Virus record (IMG/VR): IMGVR_UViG_3300007633_000001
Strand: one strand, 5' to 3'
DNA: 64,000 bases
Source of the DNA: an uncultured virus (IMG/VR IMGVR_UViG_3300007633_000001)
Taxonomy: Duplodnaviria > Heunggongvirae > Uroviricota > Caudoviricetes
The notes beneath the pieces were generated by a model. It did no database searches, was not told where the DNA came from, and saw only the letters and a list, made by a program, of their open reading frames with translations. This document shows, one piece after another, positions 22,415 through 32,493 of the stretch. The translations under genes were made by a program, and so were the position numbers. Numbering within the stretch: the stretch's first letter is position 1; each line of letters opens with the position of its first letter.

Positions 22415-22864
22415 ATGATATACAGTGGATTATTATTAGACTTGCCTGTGAATATAATTAAAGCGAATGAAGAAGTAAGCTCTAGTTGTTATTTAAATTA
22501 TGAAGATTTAAATAGACTACCCCTTAATTCACTAGTAATAATTTCTAATAGAGAAAGTAATTCTTTTGTTAACTCAATGAGTACGATAGGCATTGTTAAT
22601 AAAGAATTAATAGGTATAAAAGTAATGACTCCTAAAGGGTTTATTTATATTTATGAAGATAATATAAGTAACTTTTATATCGAATATTTAAACTCATCTT
22701 CATTTTTATTTATAAAGGACTATCAGTTTCCGTATTGTAATAAAGAGGATTTAATATTTAGTCTTTTAAATGATATTAATTTAAGCTTAACTGAAGACTC
22801 TAACTTTATAAAATTATTTAAGCAGTTAATTATTAATAATGAGATGCGACATTACTTCTATTAA
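22415..22864 (+). CDS. Hypothetical protein
   Basis: 149-aa ORF. Confidence 0.55.
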   Translation: MIYSGLLLDLPVNIIKANEEVSSSCYLNYEDLNRLPLNSLVIISNRESNSFVNSMSTIGIVNKELIGIKVMTPKGFIYIYEDNISNFYIEYLNSSSFLFIKDYQFPYCNKEDLIFSLLNDINLSLTEDSNFIKLFKQLIINNEMRHYFY

Positions 22865-22866
22865 AA

Positions 22867-23154
22867 ATGGAATCTTTAGAAGAAGAGATTAGAGAAATTA
22901 TTTGTAAGGCAATTGAATCTTCGTCTCAATATTTATCATTAAGTATTCAGACTGTTAATACAAACCATTTTATTATTCGTTTAAATAGAAATATAGAAGC
23001 TGAGGATTATCAATGCAACTGTGCGAATTTAGTTTTTAGTATTTTAATGTATTTATATGATTATTATGGAAGTTTGTTGAATATAAATATGTTGTTGAAG
23101 TATACCGATCTAGCAATAGTTAATTTTTATATTAATGATATTTATACTCATTAA
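22867..23154 (+). CDS. Hypothetical protein
   Basis: 95-aa ORF coupled to the previous gene. Confidence 0.55.
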   Translation: MESLEEEIREIICKAIESSSQYLSLSIQTVNTNHFIIRLNRNIEAEDYQCNCANLVFSILMYLYDYYGSLLNINMLLKYTDLAIVNFYINDIYTH

Positions 23155-23280
23155 ATTAATTCTTTTGCTTTAAATATTATTCTTATGGAGTTAAGTATAT
23201 ACACTCCAAAGAGACCAATAAATTATTTATTATTTTGTAATGTATATCACCTATTTATGTATTAAAACTTTTAACTAGCA

Positions 23281-23862
23281 GTGCAAACATTTACCAAGAC
23301 TTCTGACGAAAATCCAGATATTGAAGAAGAGGTTTTTATTAAGAATATAGAGGTAATTTGGTTTGAAAAAGAGCAAGATAAATTACCTTTACCCGTATTG
23401 ACTTTAAACAAATACCCTAAACATAAGGAATATTTTAGGAAACAGATACCCAAATATTATTCTACAGTATATTTTTCTATACACAATTCTATAGGTTTAA
23501 TAGATTCTTATATAGACGTAAATAACAACAATAGCGGATTTGGAGGAAAAGAGTTATCAATAAAAGTAAGGGAAGGTACTGACAAAGAATCTCTTAAGGA
23601 ATATGTATTGAAAGGACCTTATAGACCATATAGTTTTAATAAAGGTTATAAGATATTAAGAGAAGTACTAGAATTTAACATAGTAGAATGCGGGTTAATT
23701 AGTGAAGATATAAAGTCAAGAGGATTCATAAGGCTATCAAATGTACAGGAATATTTGAATTTACCTTTCGTGGAAGTAAATGACAGAAAAGGAGTTTTTA
23801 CACCTTCACTATCTGGAGACTTTCTGTTAAAACCTGATTATAAATCCTTATTAGAAGTCTAA
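23281..23862 (+). CDS. Hypothetical protein
   Basis: 193-aa ORF with GFGG...LKGPY motif. Confidence 0.6.
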   Translation: MQTFTKTSDENPDIEEEVFIKNIEVIWFEKEQDKLPLPVLTLNKYPKHKEYFRKQIPKYYSTVYFSIHNSIGLIDSYIDVNNNNSGFGGKELSIKVREGTDKESLKEYVLKGPYRPYSFNKGYKILREVLEFNIVECGLISEDIKSRGFIRLSNVQEYLNLPFVEVNDRKGVFTPSLSGDFLLKPDYKSLLEV

Positions 23863-23939
23863 GTTTAACATTGATATTATATGCTACAAAGCTATTGGTA
23901 TAATCTACAATTACAGCAAGCTAATAAAGAATAAACAAA

Positions 23940-24221
23940 ATGGATAAAACTCAATTCGATTCCCTTATAGACGCAGGAAAGTTTAATTCTGCATTATCAG
24001 CCGTGTCTGATTCTACGTCAGAAGATTTAAAATATTTACAAGCATTGGCGACTCATTTTGGAGATGCAGGTTTTCCAAATGAGGAATATCATAGGATAAT
24101 GATATCAGCGAATGTAGAGAAAATTAAGAATTCAACATCTTTAACTAATAGTCTAAGTACTAATGACACTGGAACGACTGAAACTTCTAGTGATACTGGC
24201 GGTACAGACACTGGGGCTTAA
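23940..24221 (+). CDS. Hypothetical protein with Thr/Ser/Gly-rich tail
   Basis: 93-aa ORF. Confidence 0.6.
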   Translation: MDKTQFDSLIDAGKFNSALSAVSDSTSEDLKYLQALATHFGDAGFPNEEYHRIMISANVEKIKNSTSLTNSLSTNDTGTTETSSDTGGTDTGA

Positions 24222-24346
24222 ACTTTCATTATTTATTGAAAGATAAACTATGAGATTTAGGGATAAACTAGCTTATTTCACTTATTAAAATGAAATGCTA
24301 TTTATCCCTATTTTCATATAATTGATTTATGACATATATTCAATAA

Positions 24347-25237
24347 ATGAAAGAAGGAATTAATATGACTAGAAAGTTATGCGTATACGACACTGAATTC
24401 TCTGAGAAAGGTAAAGATTATCCTATAACTTTAATTTCACTAGGTATGGTTTTATTTGTGGAAGGAGAAGATGAACCTAAAGAATTGTATTTAGTTAATT
24501 CAGACTTTGATGAAGCAGAAGTAAATCCTTGGGTTAGAGATAATGTATTACCTTATTTGCCGCCTATTGAAGAAAGGATATCTTTAGAAGATATGAAGAC
24601 TAGAGTTAAAGAGTTTCTAGGTATAAGTAGTTCTCAAATGAGTAATACTGATGATAATCCATCTAACCAAGAAGAGGATGATGAGGGTGTTAATTCTGAA
24701 GCTAATCCTGAGAATAATGATGAAGAAGATAATAGAATAGATGAGGACGAAATACTCTTATTAGCTAATTTTGCTGACTATGATCATGTAGTGTTTTCTC
24801 AACATATCTTTGGCATAATGGCTAATTATCCTAGAACTGTAAAAATGTTCACTCTTGATTTACAGCAATATTTATATAGCTTTAATGTTTCATTGGAAGT
24901 CTTACCTAAGGAACAGGAAGGTACTGAACATATAGCGATAGACGATGCAAGGTTTAACGTAGCTTCTTTATTAGCTATGTATAAATATATTGAAGCATCC
25001 TATCCAGATGTTTATGAAACTTTGTTCAGAGACAAATATATTCCCGATATGAGTTCATACGAAATCGTTAATGAAGAGTCTAATGAAGAGTCTAATGGAG
25101 AGGTAGAAGAGGATTCTGAAGATGACAAATTAAGTGTAAATAAAAAAAGTAATAGTAAGCCAAGTATATTTAGTTTTAGAAATTCATTAGATCAAGGTCA
25201 TATACCTTCATATTTAGAATTTACTTCAGATCAATAA
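24347..25237 (+). CDS. RNase AS (Rv2179c/DUF5051)-like DEDD 3'-5' exoribonuclease with acidic insertions
   Basis: YDTEF, LISLGMV, NPWVRDNVLPYLP, ADYDHVV, HIAIDDAR; likely start ATG 24365. Confidence 0.82.
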   Translation: MKEGINMTRKLCVYDTEFSEKGKDYPITLISLGMVLFVEGEDEPKELYLVNSDFDEAEVNPWVRDNVLPYLPPIEERISLEDMKTRVKEFLGISSSQMSNTDDNPSNQEEDDEGVNSEANPENNDEEDNRIDEDEILLLANFADYDHVVFSQHIFGIMANYPRTVKMFTLDLQQYLYSFNVSLEVLPKEQEGTEHIAIDDARFNVASLLAMYKYIEASYPDVYETLFRDKYIPDMSSYEIVNEESNEESNGEVEEDSEDDKLSVNKKSNSKPSIFSFRNSLDQGHIPSYLEFTSDQ

Positions 25238-25265
25238 ATCAAATAAATATAAAAACTCAAGTATT

Positions 25266-26003
25266 ATGAAAAAGCTTTGTATATTTGATACTAGTTTCCA
25301 TGAAGAGGGTCGTTATAGTCCTCTAACATTTATATCAGTGAGTCTAGTTCTTTATGAAGAAGATTCCAGAGAACCTAAAGAACTTCATTTAGTCAATAAG
25401 TATTTTGATGAAGATAGAGCTGGAGGGTGGATAGAACAATATGTATTACCTTATTTACCGCCGCCCAATCAAAGAGTTAGTCCTTCTGAAGCTTCTGAAA
25501 TGATGAAAAGTTTTCTAGGTATAGATAGAGTTTTAGCAGGAGAAGATACTTTAGAATTAGCTTCTGATAACGTAAGTTACAATCATTTAGTATTTAGCCA
25601 GCTATTGTTTGGTGACTTAGGAGAATATCCCACAGAAGTTTTAGATATGTATCCTTTACATATCTCTTCTTTTAGTTCTACTTTTAGAACTCCTGATTTA
25701 TATCAAATGGATGAATGGCAAAGCTTTGACATGAAAGATACCAGTTTTTATAGTGTCAGGATGGCAGCTAACAAGTTGGTGTTTACATATAAATTTATAG
25801 AAAGTAATTTCCCTCAAATTTACTCTATGCTTAAAGAAGATAGAATGATACCTCTTATAAGTGGGTATGAGAATTATGATAATAATGCTGTAGAATCTGA
25901 GTCACCTAACGAAAGAGTAATGCCTTATCCGAACAACAACAACATGCACAACTCTGATTCTTCAACTATGATTAATATAGATTCCATAGTTAGTCCTTAC
26001 TAA
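25266..26003 (+). CDS. Degenerate paralog of the RNase AS-like exoribonuclease
   Basis: FDTSF, WIEQYVLPYLPP, VSYNHLVFSQ align to the upstream gene; catalytic E, D and HxAxxD are not present. Confidence 0.75.
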   Translation: MKKLCIFDTSFHEEGRYSPLTFISVSLVLYEEDSREPKELHLVNKYFDEDRAGGWIEQYVLPYLPPPNQRVSPSEASEMMKSFLGIDRVLAGEDTLELASDNVSYNHLVFSQLLFGDLGEYPTEVLDMYPLHISSFSSTFRTPDLYQMDEWQSFDMKDTSFYSVRMAANKLVFTYKFIESNFPQIYSMLKEDRMIPLISGYENYDNNAVESESPNERVMPYPNNNNMHNSDSSTMINIDSIVSPY

Positions 26004-26132
26004 AAAAGAAGTAGATTTTATTATCTGATTTTTTAGTTTATATTCATATTTTATATATTAATTATTCAGGTCGAGATAAAGTCTCTTTAGGGGATAAAGG
26101 GAACTGATAATAAAGTATTAATTAGATGTTAT

Positions 26133-26648
26133 ATGAGAGTTATTAATTTATTAGGTGGTCCTGGTTTAGGTAAATCAACGACAGCGGCGCATCTATTATA
26201 TTTACTGAAGACTAAAGGATATGATGCAGAGTTGGTCCCAGAGCATGCTAAGTTATTATTCTATATGGAAGTATCTAAGTTACAATGGAACAATCAGTTA
26301 GAAATATTAAGCAATCAATATAAATGGCTACATTGTCTAAATGATAAAATTGATTATGCTATTGTAGATTCGCCATTAATTAACTCGGCCATATATGTGG
26401 ACGACCCACATATAAATAAATTGTCATTAAATCTCTTTAATAAGTTTAGTAATACTAACTTTCTTTTGAGTAGAGAAGATAGTTATTATTCTAATAATGG
26501 TAGAGGTCAGACTTTAGAAGAAGCAAGATTAATAGATAGAAAAGTTGAATTATTTTTAAATAGAAACAATATTCCTTATTATGTAGAAGAGGTAAGTAGA
26601 GGTGGTATAGGATATTCTATTCTTAAGAAGATAAGAGCATCACATTAA
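26133..26648 (+). CDS. NadR/Ttd14-like AAA (P-loop) nucleotide kinase
   Basis: INLLGGPGLGKSTTA, ELVPEHAK, IVDSPL, GRGQT. Confidence 0.8.
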   Translation: MRVINLLGGPGLGKSTTAAHLLYLLKTKGYDAELVPEHAKLLFYMEVSKLQWNNQLEILSNQYKWLHCLNDKIDYAIVDSPLINSAIYVDDPHINKLSLNLFNKFSNTNFLLSREDSYYSNNGRGQTLEEARLIDRKVELFLNRNNIPYYVEEVSRGGIGYSILKKIRASH

Positions 26649-26783
26649 GTTTTATAGTTTTTGAACGTTACTAAATATGTAAGAGGTAAAATATGTTATC
26701 CTATTTATTATTAAGACTTATTATTAAGATTTATTAATTTATTGATTTATAAATCTTGAATCTAACATACTCTTACCTTATTT

Positions 26784-27077
26784 ATGAGTAGAACAAAAAG
26801 GAAGTTAACTCCGTTCATGTTCAAACTTGATAATCTTGATCTAGAGAATAGGAAGAGGTTGAGAAGGATTTATAAAAGAGTTCCATCGAAAATCAAGAGA
26901 GATTCAATGAAAGACTATCAAAGCCAACTAGACAGTCTTATAGACATAACAGAGCTGGAAGAGTCTGGAGTTAAGTATGTAGGGAAAGGTCTAAGTAGAC
27001 CTAGGAAAGGAACTTTGTCTATGAAAAACAAGTTCATCAGTGCTATTGAAGAAATCCCTAGAAATATAAATAAATGA
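26784..27077 (+). CDS. Basic hypothetical protein
   Basis: 97-aa ORF, MSRTKRK start. Confidence 0.65.
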   Translation: MSRTKRKLTPFMFKLDNLDLENRKRLRRIYKRVPSKIKRDSMKDYQSQLDSLIDITELEESGVKYVGKGLSRPRKGTLSMKNKFISAIEEIPRNINK

Positions 27078-27214
27078 ATATGGATGATCATATAAATAAT
27101 TAATTAGATTAAAATAATTAAAGACAGCTCTATAAAGTAGGGCTGTTTATTTATTGAACATCAAAAAGGTAGGAATAAGAAGGACAAGAAGATAGAGACA
27201 GAGATAAAATTAAT

Positions 27215-27508
27215 ATGACAAGTAATAATAACAAAGACTTAAATTCTAATATAGTAGAATGCCCTGCATGTTCTGTTAAGATTGATTTAGACACAGATAG
27301 AGTCCTATTCAGTTTTGGTAAGCCTGGTACTCGTAGTAAGTTATATACAAGGGTCTGTCAGTATGCCAAGAATAAACAAGACTGTATAAATAAGGGAGAC
27401 CATTGTATTAGGGATGGAGATAAATATTTAAAAAACGATGAATATATTGAGCAATTCAGTCTATCTAAGTATGATTCTTTAGTCGAAGAAATTAAAGAAG
27501 GAACATAG
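27215..27508 (+). CDS. Small Cys protein of a family recalled from cyanobacteria
   Basis: CPAC...DRVLFSFGKPGTRSKLYTRVCQY...CIN. Confidence 0.65.
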   Translation: MTSNNNKDLNSNIVECPACSVKIDLDTDRVLFSFGKPGTRSKLYTRVCQYAKNKQDCINKGDHCIRDGDKYLKNDEYIEQFSLSKYDSLVEEIKEGT

Positions 27509-27657
27509 TTACTAAGATAAAAAGTAATGTAGGAGTTGTTTTGTATTAAATATACAAACACTCGACACGGGTAAGAGCCCTTCGGTCGTTAAATGCTGTA
27601 TTAATAAATAGTAGATATTATTTCATTTTATTAATAGAGAAAAACTCTTACATTAAA

Positions 27658-27780
27658 GTACCGTAAGACATATGGGAATAATGCTCACTGAGGGTAAAGA
27701 GTTTGGCGTTAACAATTATGTATAAACCAGATTCTCCCTAAGAAGTGAGAATCTCTAACCTTCAAGGAAGAGAGTTGTCA
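27658..27780 (+). mobile_element. IS200/IS605 (tnpB) right-end / omegaRNA-like remnant without transposase or TnpB
   Basis: TACCGTAAGACATATGGGAATAATGCT ... GAAGTGAGAATCTCTAACCTTCAAGGAAGAGAGTTGTCA resembles the conserved 3' end of cyanobacterial tnpB elements (GAATC-hairpin-GAG-TGTCAA). Confidence 0.6.
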
Positions 27781-27824
27781 GTGTACATATAGATCCAACA
27801 CAATCTAAGAGAGGTATATCCTTC

Positions 27825-28328
27825 ATGACCACACATATTATGCAGTTACACCCGTTAGTCGAATACGAAGCCATTCGGGATGCACTAGAGTCTAAGTTTA
27901 ACTTTCGTTTCTCTAATGACGATGGGCGGGATAGCTACATTAAAAGCCGGTTACTACCTGAAAACATTGCTCCTGTAAAGAATGCAAAAGGCAATGCTTT
28001 CCGTCAAGGTGACGTACTTTTAAAGATGCTTGAAGGTTCATTAGAAGAGCAGGGAGTTGATTTAGAAGAGTGGACTTTAGCTGAGGACCATATTTTAGTA
28101 CAAACTACCCATACTCATGAGTTAGTTCGTTTAAACGATAACTCTCAAATTCGTGTGTACAAGAATGCTGAGCAAGAATCCATGTACTTAGTAGTAGAAG
28201 GAGATGGGGTTGCTGTAATTCACCAAGAGCATAAGACTTTGATTATACCTGGTAATATGTCTTATCTTGTTCAGAAACAGCGAACTTTGGATCCATTGAC
28301 TCAAATTGCCAGAAGTGTGGCTGACTAA
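27825..28328 (+). CDS. RQGDV/HxEH-motif protein (family usually encoded next to DUF6745 genes)
   Basis: FRQGDVLL, THTHEL, HQEHKTLIIPG, YLVQKQR, C-terminal RSVAD; GAGG RBS. Confidence 0.75.
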   Translation: MTTHIMQLHPLVEYEAIRDALESKFNFRFSNDDGRDSYIKSRLLPENIAPVKNAKGNAFRQGDVLLKMLEGSLEEQGVDLEEWTLAEDHILVQTTHTHELVRLNDNSQIRVYKNAEQESMYLVVEGDGVAVIHQEHKTLIIPGNMSYLVQKQRTLDPLTQIARSVAD

Positions 28329-28423
28329 TTGAATTAATAAAACTAAGTATAAAATAGGAATTTATAAAGATAAAAGTATTATCTATATTTCTGTTTTATC
28401 TTAGTCTTATTTAATTAAGTCTA

Positions 28424-28463
28424 GAACCTAATGAATCGCTAATAGAATCTTTTCATTAGGTTC
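28424..28463. terminator. Stem-loop
   Basis: GAACCTAATGAA / TTCATTAGGTTC. Confidence 0.55.
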
Positions 28464-28592
28464 CCCTTGTTAACAACAACTAATTTTCTTTATCAAATGT
28501 AATTAAATAAGAATTGAGGATTGTGTAAGAACTTTGTTTCTTTTGTTCTCTTTCCTCTTTTCTCTTTTTATTATTTGGTAACAGAAAATTAG

Positions 28593-29249
28593 TTGTTACC
28601 AATAAACTTAAAGTATGAAAATATTGATATGAAGATTAAAGAGAAGGACATTAAGAAAGGACATATACTATCATTTCAACAATCTTTTCTGAAGAAGGTT
28701 TGGAAATATGTAACAAGTAAGGATAAATCTCATGAAGCGCTTAGTAAAATATTTTCTACCAAATCCAAAAGTCAAAGTGATACTGAATTAGAAGTATTAC
28801 ACACAGTAATTGGTCAACTTATTTATCTATTATTTGATCAAAAGATTGACTTATTAGAATTTGATAATTTAGTTTCAAGTAAAAGTATTAACAGAAACGA
28901 GTTTCTAACTAAAGTCAACAGTCGAGTAAGAATAGAAGTTTTACAAGCCTGTTCATATTATTATCTATTGAGGTTAGAGAGGCTACCTGGTCCACTAACA
29001 ACTATCTACGTTCCACCTACACTCATAGAATCGTTATTCTATAGCTCAGTGAATAAAAAGAATATAAAGAATATAGAGAAAGTCCATTCAGGGGTTATAA
29101 TGGGTGATCAATATTTAGAAGGTGGCAAAGAAATATTAGATAAGGAATTCCCATTAACTGAAGAGTTAATGTTAACAGATATGAAAATAACTAAGCCTCC
29201 TAGAATTGGTAATAAAAGGAGTGGTGGTTACGTGAAGAAGTCAGCTTAA
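28593..29249 (+). CDS. Hypothetical protein
   Basis: 218-aa ORF. Confidence 0.6.
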   Translation: MLPINLKYENIDMKIKEKDIKKGHILSFQQSFLKKVWKYVTSKDKSHEALSKIFSTKSKSQSDTELEVLHTVIGQLIYLLFDQKIDLLEFDNLVSSKSINRNEFLTKVNSRVRIEVLQACSYYYLLRLERLPGPLTTIYVPPTLIESLFYSSVNKKNIKNIEKVHSGVIMGDQYLEGGKEILDKEFPLTEELMLTDMKITKPPRIGNKRSGGYVKKSA

Positions 29250-29359
29250 GCTCTTTATAATTTAATACTTATTTATTGATAGTAAGTAGTCCTATGACTA
29301 TTTACTATCATTATTGATTTATTATTTGTATTAAATTAATAATTAGGAGACGCATTATA

Positions 29360-29953
29360 ATGAATGTTATTTCTTTAGACCTTGAGTTTAACAAGAAAGG
29401 TGAGAAGTTAGAAGAAATAATTCAAATTGGGGTAGCTGTAGGCTGTCTGTATACCAAACAGATAATATCCTCTAAGTCTATATACATAAAACCTATAAGA
29501 CCTATAAATAGTCAAGTAAGAGCATTAACTGCTAGATATTCTAGTTCTGACATAACTGATTTATCATTAGTTGACGGGTATAAAAGTTTAAGAGATTATC
29601 TAGCACCATTTAATCCTTCTAAGAATGCAATAGTATGGGGGAATAGAGACAGTCATTATTTATATACTCAAGTTAGAAGAGCAACTAAAGGCCAAAGAGT
29701 TATGTATCCCTGGCCATTTAGTAAAGATGAAATTGATGTTAGAGTTATATTACAGTTTTTATTATTAACTAAAGGTATATCCTTTTATAAATCTCTTAGT
29801 GATGCTTTAGAAGTATTCAATTTGAGATTTGAAGGTAGAGCGCATGACGCTAAGTATGATGCCATAAATACTTTAAGACTTTATTTTCATTTATTGGATA
29901 TAACCAATTTGAAAGGTAAGGTCAATACTCCTTATGAGTATAATTATTATTAA
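29360..29953 (+). CDS. DEDDh 3'-5' exonuclease (ERI1/KapD-like)
   Basis: LDLEF, EIIQIG, VWGNRD, FEGRAHDAKYDAINT. Confidence 0.88.
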   Translation: MNVISLDLEFNKKGEKLEEIIQIGVAVGCLYTKQIISSKSIYIKPIRPINSQVRALTARYSSSDITDLSLVDGYKSLRDYLAPFNPSKNAIVWGNRDSHYLYTQVRRATKGQRVMYPWPFSKDEIDVRVILQFLLLTKGISFYKSLSDALEVFNLRFEGRAHDAKYDAINTLRLYFHLLDITNLKGKVNTPYEYNYY

Positions 29954-30004
29954 AATTATTAATAGTCAGTAGATATAGATATAAGTATAGACATATATAT
30001 AAAT

Positions 30005-30196
30005 ATGAAAGACATTTCTATAATTATTCTTTTATTAACTTTACTAGGATTTAATCAAGATAGGTTTAAATTGATAAGTAGGAGAGCAGTAAAAGTACTT
30101 AGTTATCTGAATAATAAATTCCTAGATTATATTAACTCACCTACTAAACAAGAAAAAGCTTTAATGGAAGATGAATATAAGAGGAGTAATAAATGA
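30005..30196 (+). CDS. Small protein with N-terminal hydrophobic segment
   Basis: 63-aa ORF. Confidence 0.45.
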   Translation: MKDISIIILLLTLLGFNQDRFKLISRRAVKVLSYLNNKFLDYINSPTKQEKALMEDEYKRSNK

Positions 30197-30235
30197 TTCA
30201 TCCATAATTTATATAAAAAGAAGTTTCCTAGTTCT

Positions 30236-31210
30236 ATGAATAATAATGTGAGCAATAAAAGAGATAAATGTGTGATTTTATCTTTGGATGGTGGTGGAGT
30301 TAGAGGAATTATTTCTTCGCTTATACTTGCTGAAATTAATGCAAAGTTGGACTATCAGTTATTTGATAAAGTAACATTACTGATTGGATGTTCTACGGGG
30401 GCTATCTCTGCTGGCTTATTAACATGTGGCCATGAAGTCAATTTGTTACCTGCGTTATACAAGAATTTAATACCCAAAGTTTTTAATAAAGGATCTTGGA
30501 CTGATCAATTACTTAGAAAGACTAAACTGTTTCCTGCTTATGATAAGAGAAGGTTACTAGAGACTGCTGAAAAGTATATTGGTAGAGACGCCTTCAGTTC
30601 ATTTACTAAAAAGACTCTCATACCTATTTACGATATAACTAATGATAAGCTACAAGTTGCTAAGAATTGGAAAGGACAGTTTAAAGATTGTTTACTTAGT
30701 GATTTAGTTGTAGCTTCATCTTGTTTCCCTAGTCTTTATAGTCCTCATGAAATATTTGACATTCATGGAGTTTCTCATGGTGTTTTTGTCGATGGCGGTA
30801 TAGCTTCTAACAACCCTACTTTATACGCCATTGTAGAGGCTTTAGATCTTGGTTATGAGTTAGATGACATAATCTGTATTTCTGTGGGTACAGGGTGTGA
30901 TGTAATGACGGTAGACGTAAATAAATCAAAGAATTGGGGAGGCTTTAGATGGTTAAGTAAATTACCATTATTATTAGGTAGTGGGAATTCAGAATCTATA
31001 GATTATATTTCAAGACATTTGATTCCTAAATTATATAGATTTCAAGTATCGTTAGATAACAATTTGTGGGGTCTGAATTTAAGTAACGTATTTGCTACTG
31101 ATGATGAAGATACTGTCAAAGATTTAATAAGACTTTCTAAATTATATATAGATAGAGATAAAGTATTTAGAAATTTATTGGAGGATCTTGCTGTAGTTAT
31201 TAAAATATAA
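30236..31210 (+). CDS. Patatin-like phospholipase
   Basis: LSLDGGGVRG oxyanion motif, GCSTG nucleophile elbow, DGG catalytic Asp, SVGTG. Confidence 0.93.
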   Translation: MNNNVSNKRDKCVILSLDGGGVRGIISSLILAEINAKLDYQLFDKVTLLIGCSTGAISAGLLTCGHEVNLLPALYKNLIPKVFNKGSWTDQLLRKTKLFPAYDKRRLLETAEKYIGRDAFSSFTKKTLIPIYDITNDKLQVAKNWKGQFKDCLLSDLVVASSCFPSLYSPHEIFDIHGVSHGVFVDGGIASNNPTLYAIVEALDLGYELDDIICISVGTGCDVMTVDVNKSKNWGGFRWLSKLPLLLGSGNSESIDYISRHLIPKLYRFQVSLDNNLWGLNLSNVFATDDEDTVKDLIRLSKLYIDRDKVFRNLLEDLAVVIKI

Positions 31211-31228
31211 TATTATCTCTATATATTT

Positions 31229-31915
31229 ATGGATATAAATACTTTACCAAATACTTGGTATGAGGCCGTATACGAATTAAATACTAATGAGCTTAGAGAG
31301 TTAAGATTAAAGATAATAAAAAGATATACATCTATAGTAGATAATAAATTAGGAGTAGCAAGATATATATATGAGAGACTTAGAGAGATAAAGCGATATT
31401 GGCATTCTATAGAAGAAATAGAATATACTTCTAAACAGTTTCTATACAGTACAAGATATAAACATCATAAAGACCAAGAAGATATTATTTTGAGTCTAAC
31501 AACTAAAATACCATCTACTTCATTTGGATATCTTAGCCGACCAATAAGATCTTTTTTTATTGGTTTTACAGGAGATGAAGATTTAATAAATTTAAAACCA
31601 TTAAAATCTTTTATTAAGTTTTTATGGGATATAGATGGTAAAAATAATTACAATCTAATTTATTTAATTCATTGGGATGAAAATGATATTTATTCTAACC
31701 CTTTATTTCCAACTATTATCAACTATGTAGATTCTATTAATTGGAATACATTAAGAATTAAATGTAAAGGTGGAGCCTTATACCATAAATATAAAAGTAA
31801 AGCTAATAATCCTTTATTGAAAGATATTAGTCATGTAAAAGGACATTTTAAATTTAGTTATCCTAGAATGAAATTAGCTCAAATAGACATACCTTATACT
31901 ATAGTTGAGTATTAA
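31229..31915 (+). CDS. Hypothetical protein
   Basis: 228-aa ORF. Confidence 0.6.
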   Translation: MDINTLPNTWYEAVYELNTNELRELRLKIIKRYTSIVDNKLGVARYIYERLREIKRYWHSIEEIEYTSKQFLYSTRYKHHKDQEDIILSLTTKIPSTSFGYLSRPIRSFFIGFTGDEDLINLKPLKSFIKFLWDIDGKNNYNLIYLIHWDENDIYSNPLFPTIINYVDSINWNTLRIKCKGGALYHKYKSKANNPLLKDISHVKGHFKFSYPRMKLAQIDIPYTIVEY

Positions 31916-31921
31916 ATAAAT

Positions 31922-32458
31922 ATGAATACTGATAATGCATCGACTAACTTAGATATTAGTAATAAAGATGAATATTTTAAGTCTTTTGTTATTGTTGCCA
32001 ATTGGGTTTATGCTAAATTAGGATATTATTTCCAAGCAAATAATATTAATCCTAGATTGTATTTGGAATCAATAAGTAAAACTTCTAATATTTTAGGAGT
32101 AGAAAATATTAGATTACTAATAGCTGCAGCCACTACGCCTTTACTTGAATTCTGTCAACTGGCACAGGATTTAGAACAACAACAAAACTTTGAATCTTTT
32201 AATGAAAAGGAAGATGAAGATGCTTCACAGAAAATTAAGGAATTGGAATCCTCATTATTAGAATTTTGTCATCACTTCTTTTTACTAATTACCTATCTTT
32301 CTAACATGTCTATCCTTAATCTTAAGTTGCCTAATAATGACTTAGAAGAAGAATTTAAAGACACTAACAATACTATTGATAATAAAAGTATAGATCAGGA
32401 TAGCATCCCCAATCAATATTATAAAGGAACAGATAGCCGTATACCTTCTAATACTTAA
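31922..32458 (+). CDS. Hypothetical protein
   Basis: 178-aa ORF. Confidence 0.6.
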   Translation: MNTDNASTNLDISNKDEYFKSFVIVANWVYAKLGYYFQANNINPRLYLESISKTSNILGVENIRLLIAAATTPLLEFCQLAQDLEQQQNFESFNEKEDEDASQKIKELESSLLEFCHHFFLLITYLSNMSILNLKLPNNDLEEEFKDTNNTIDNKSIDQDSIPNQYYKGTDSRIPSNT

Positions 32459-32493
32459 ATTATTTATATAACTTTTATAACTAGATAGATACT

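Noticed and set aside
25070..25096. AATGAAGAGTCT tandem duplication
   Set aside because: Short in-frame slippage in an acidic low-complexity tail (NEESNEESN); no sign of separate function
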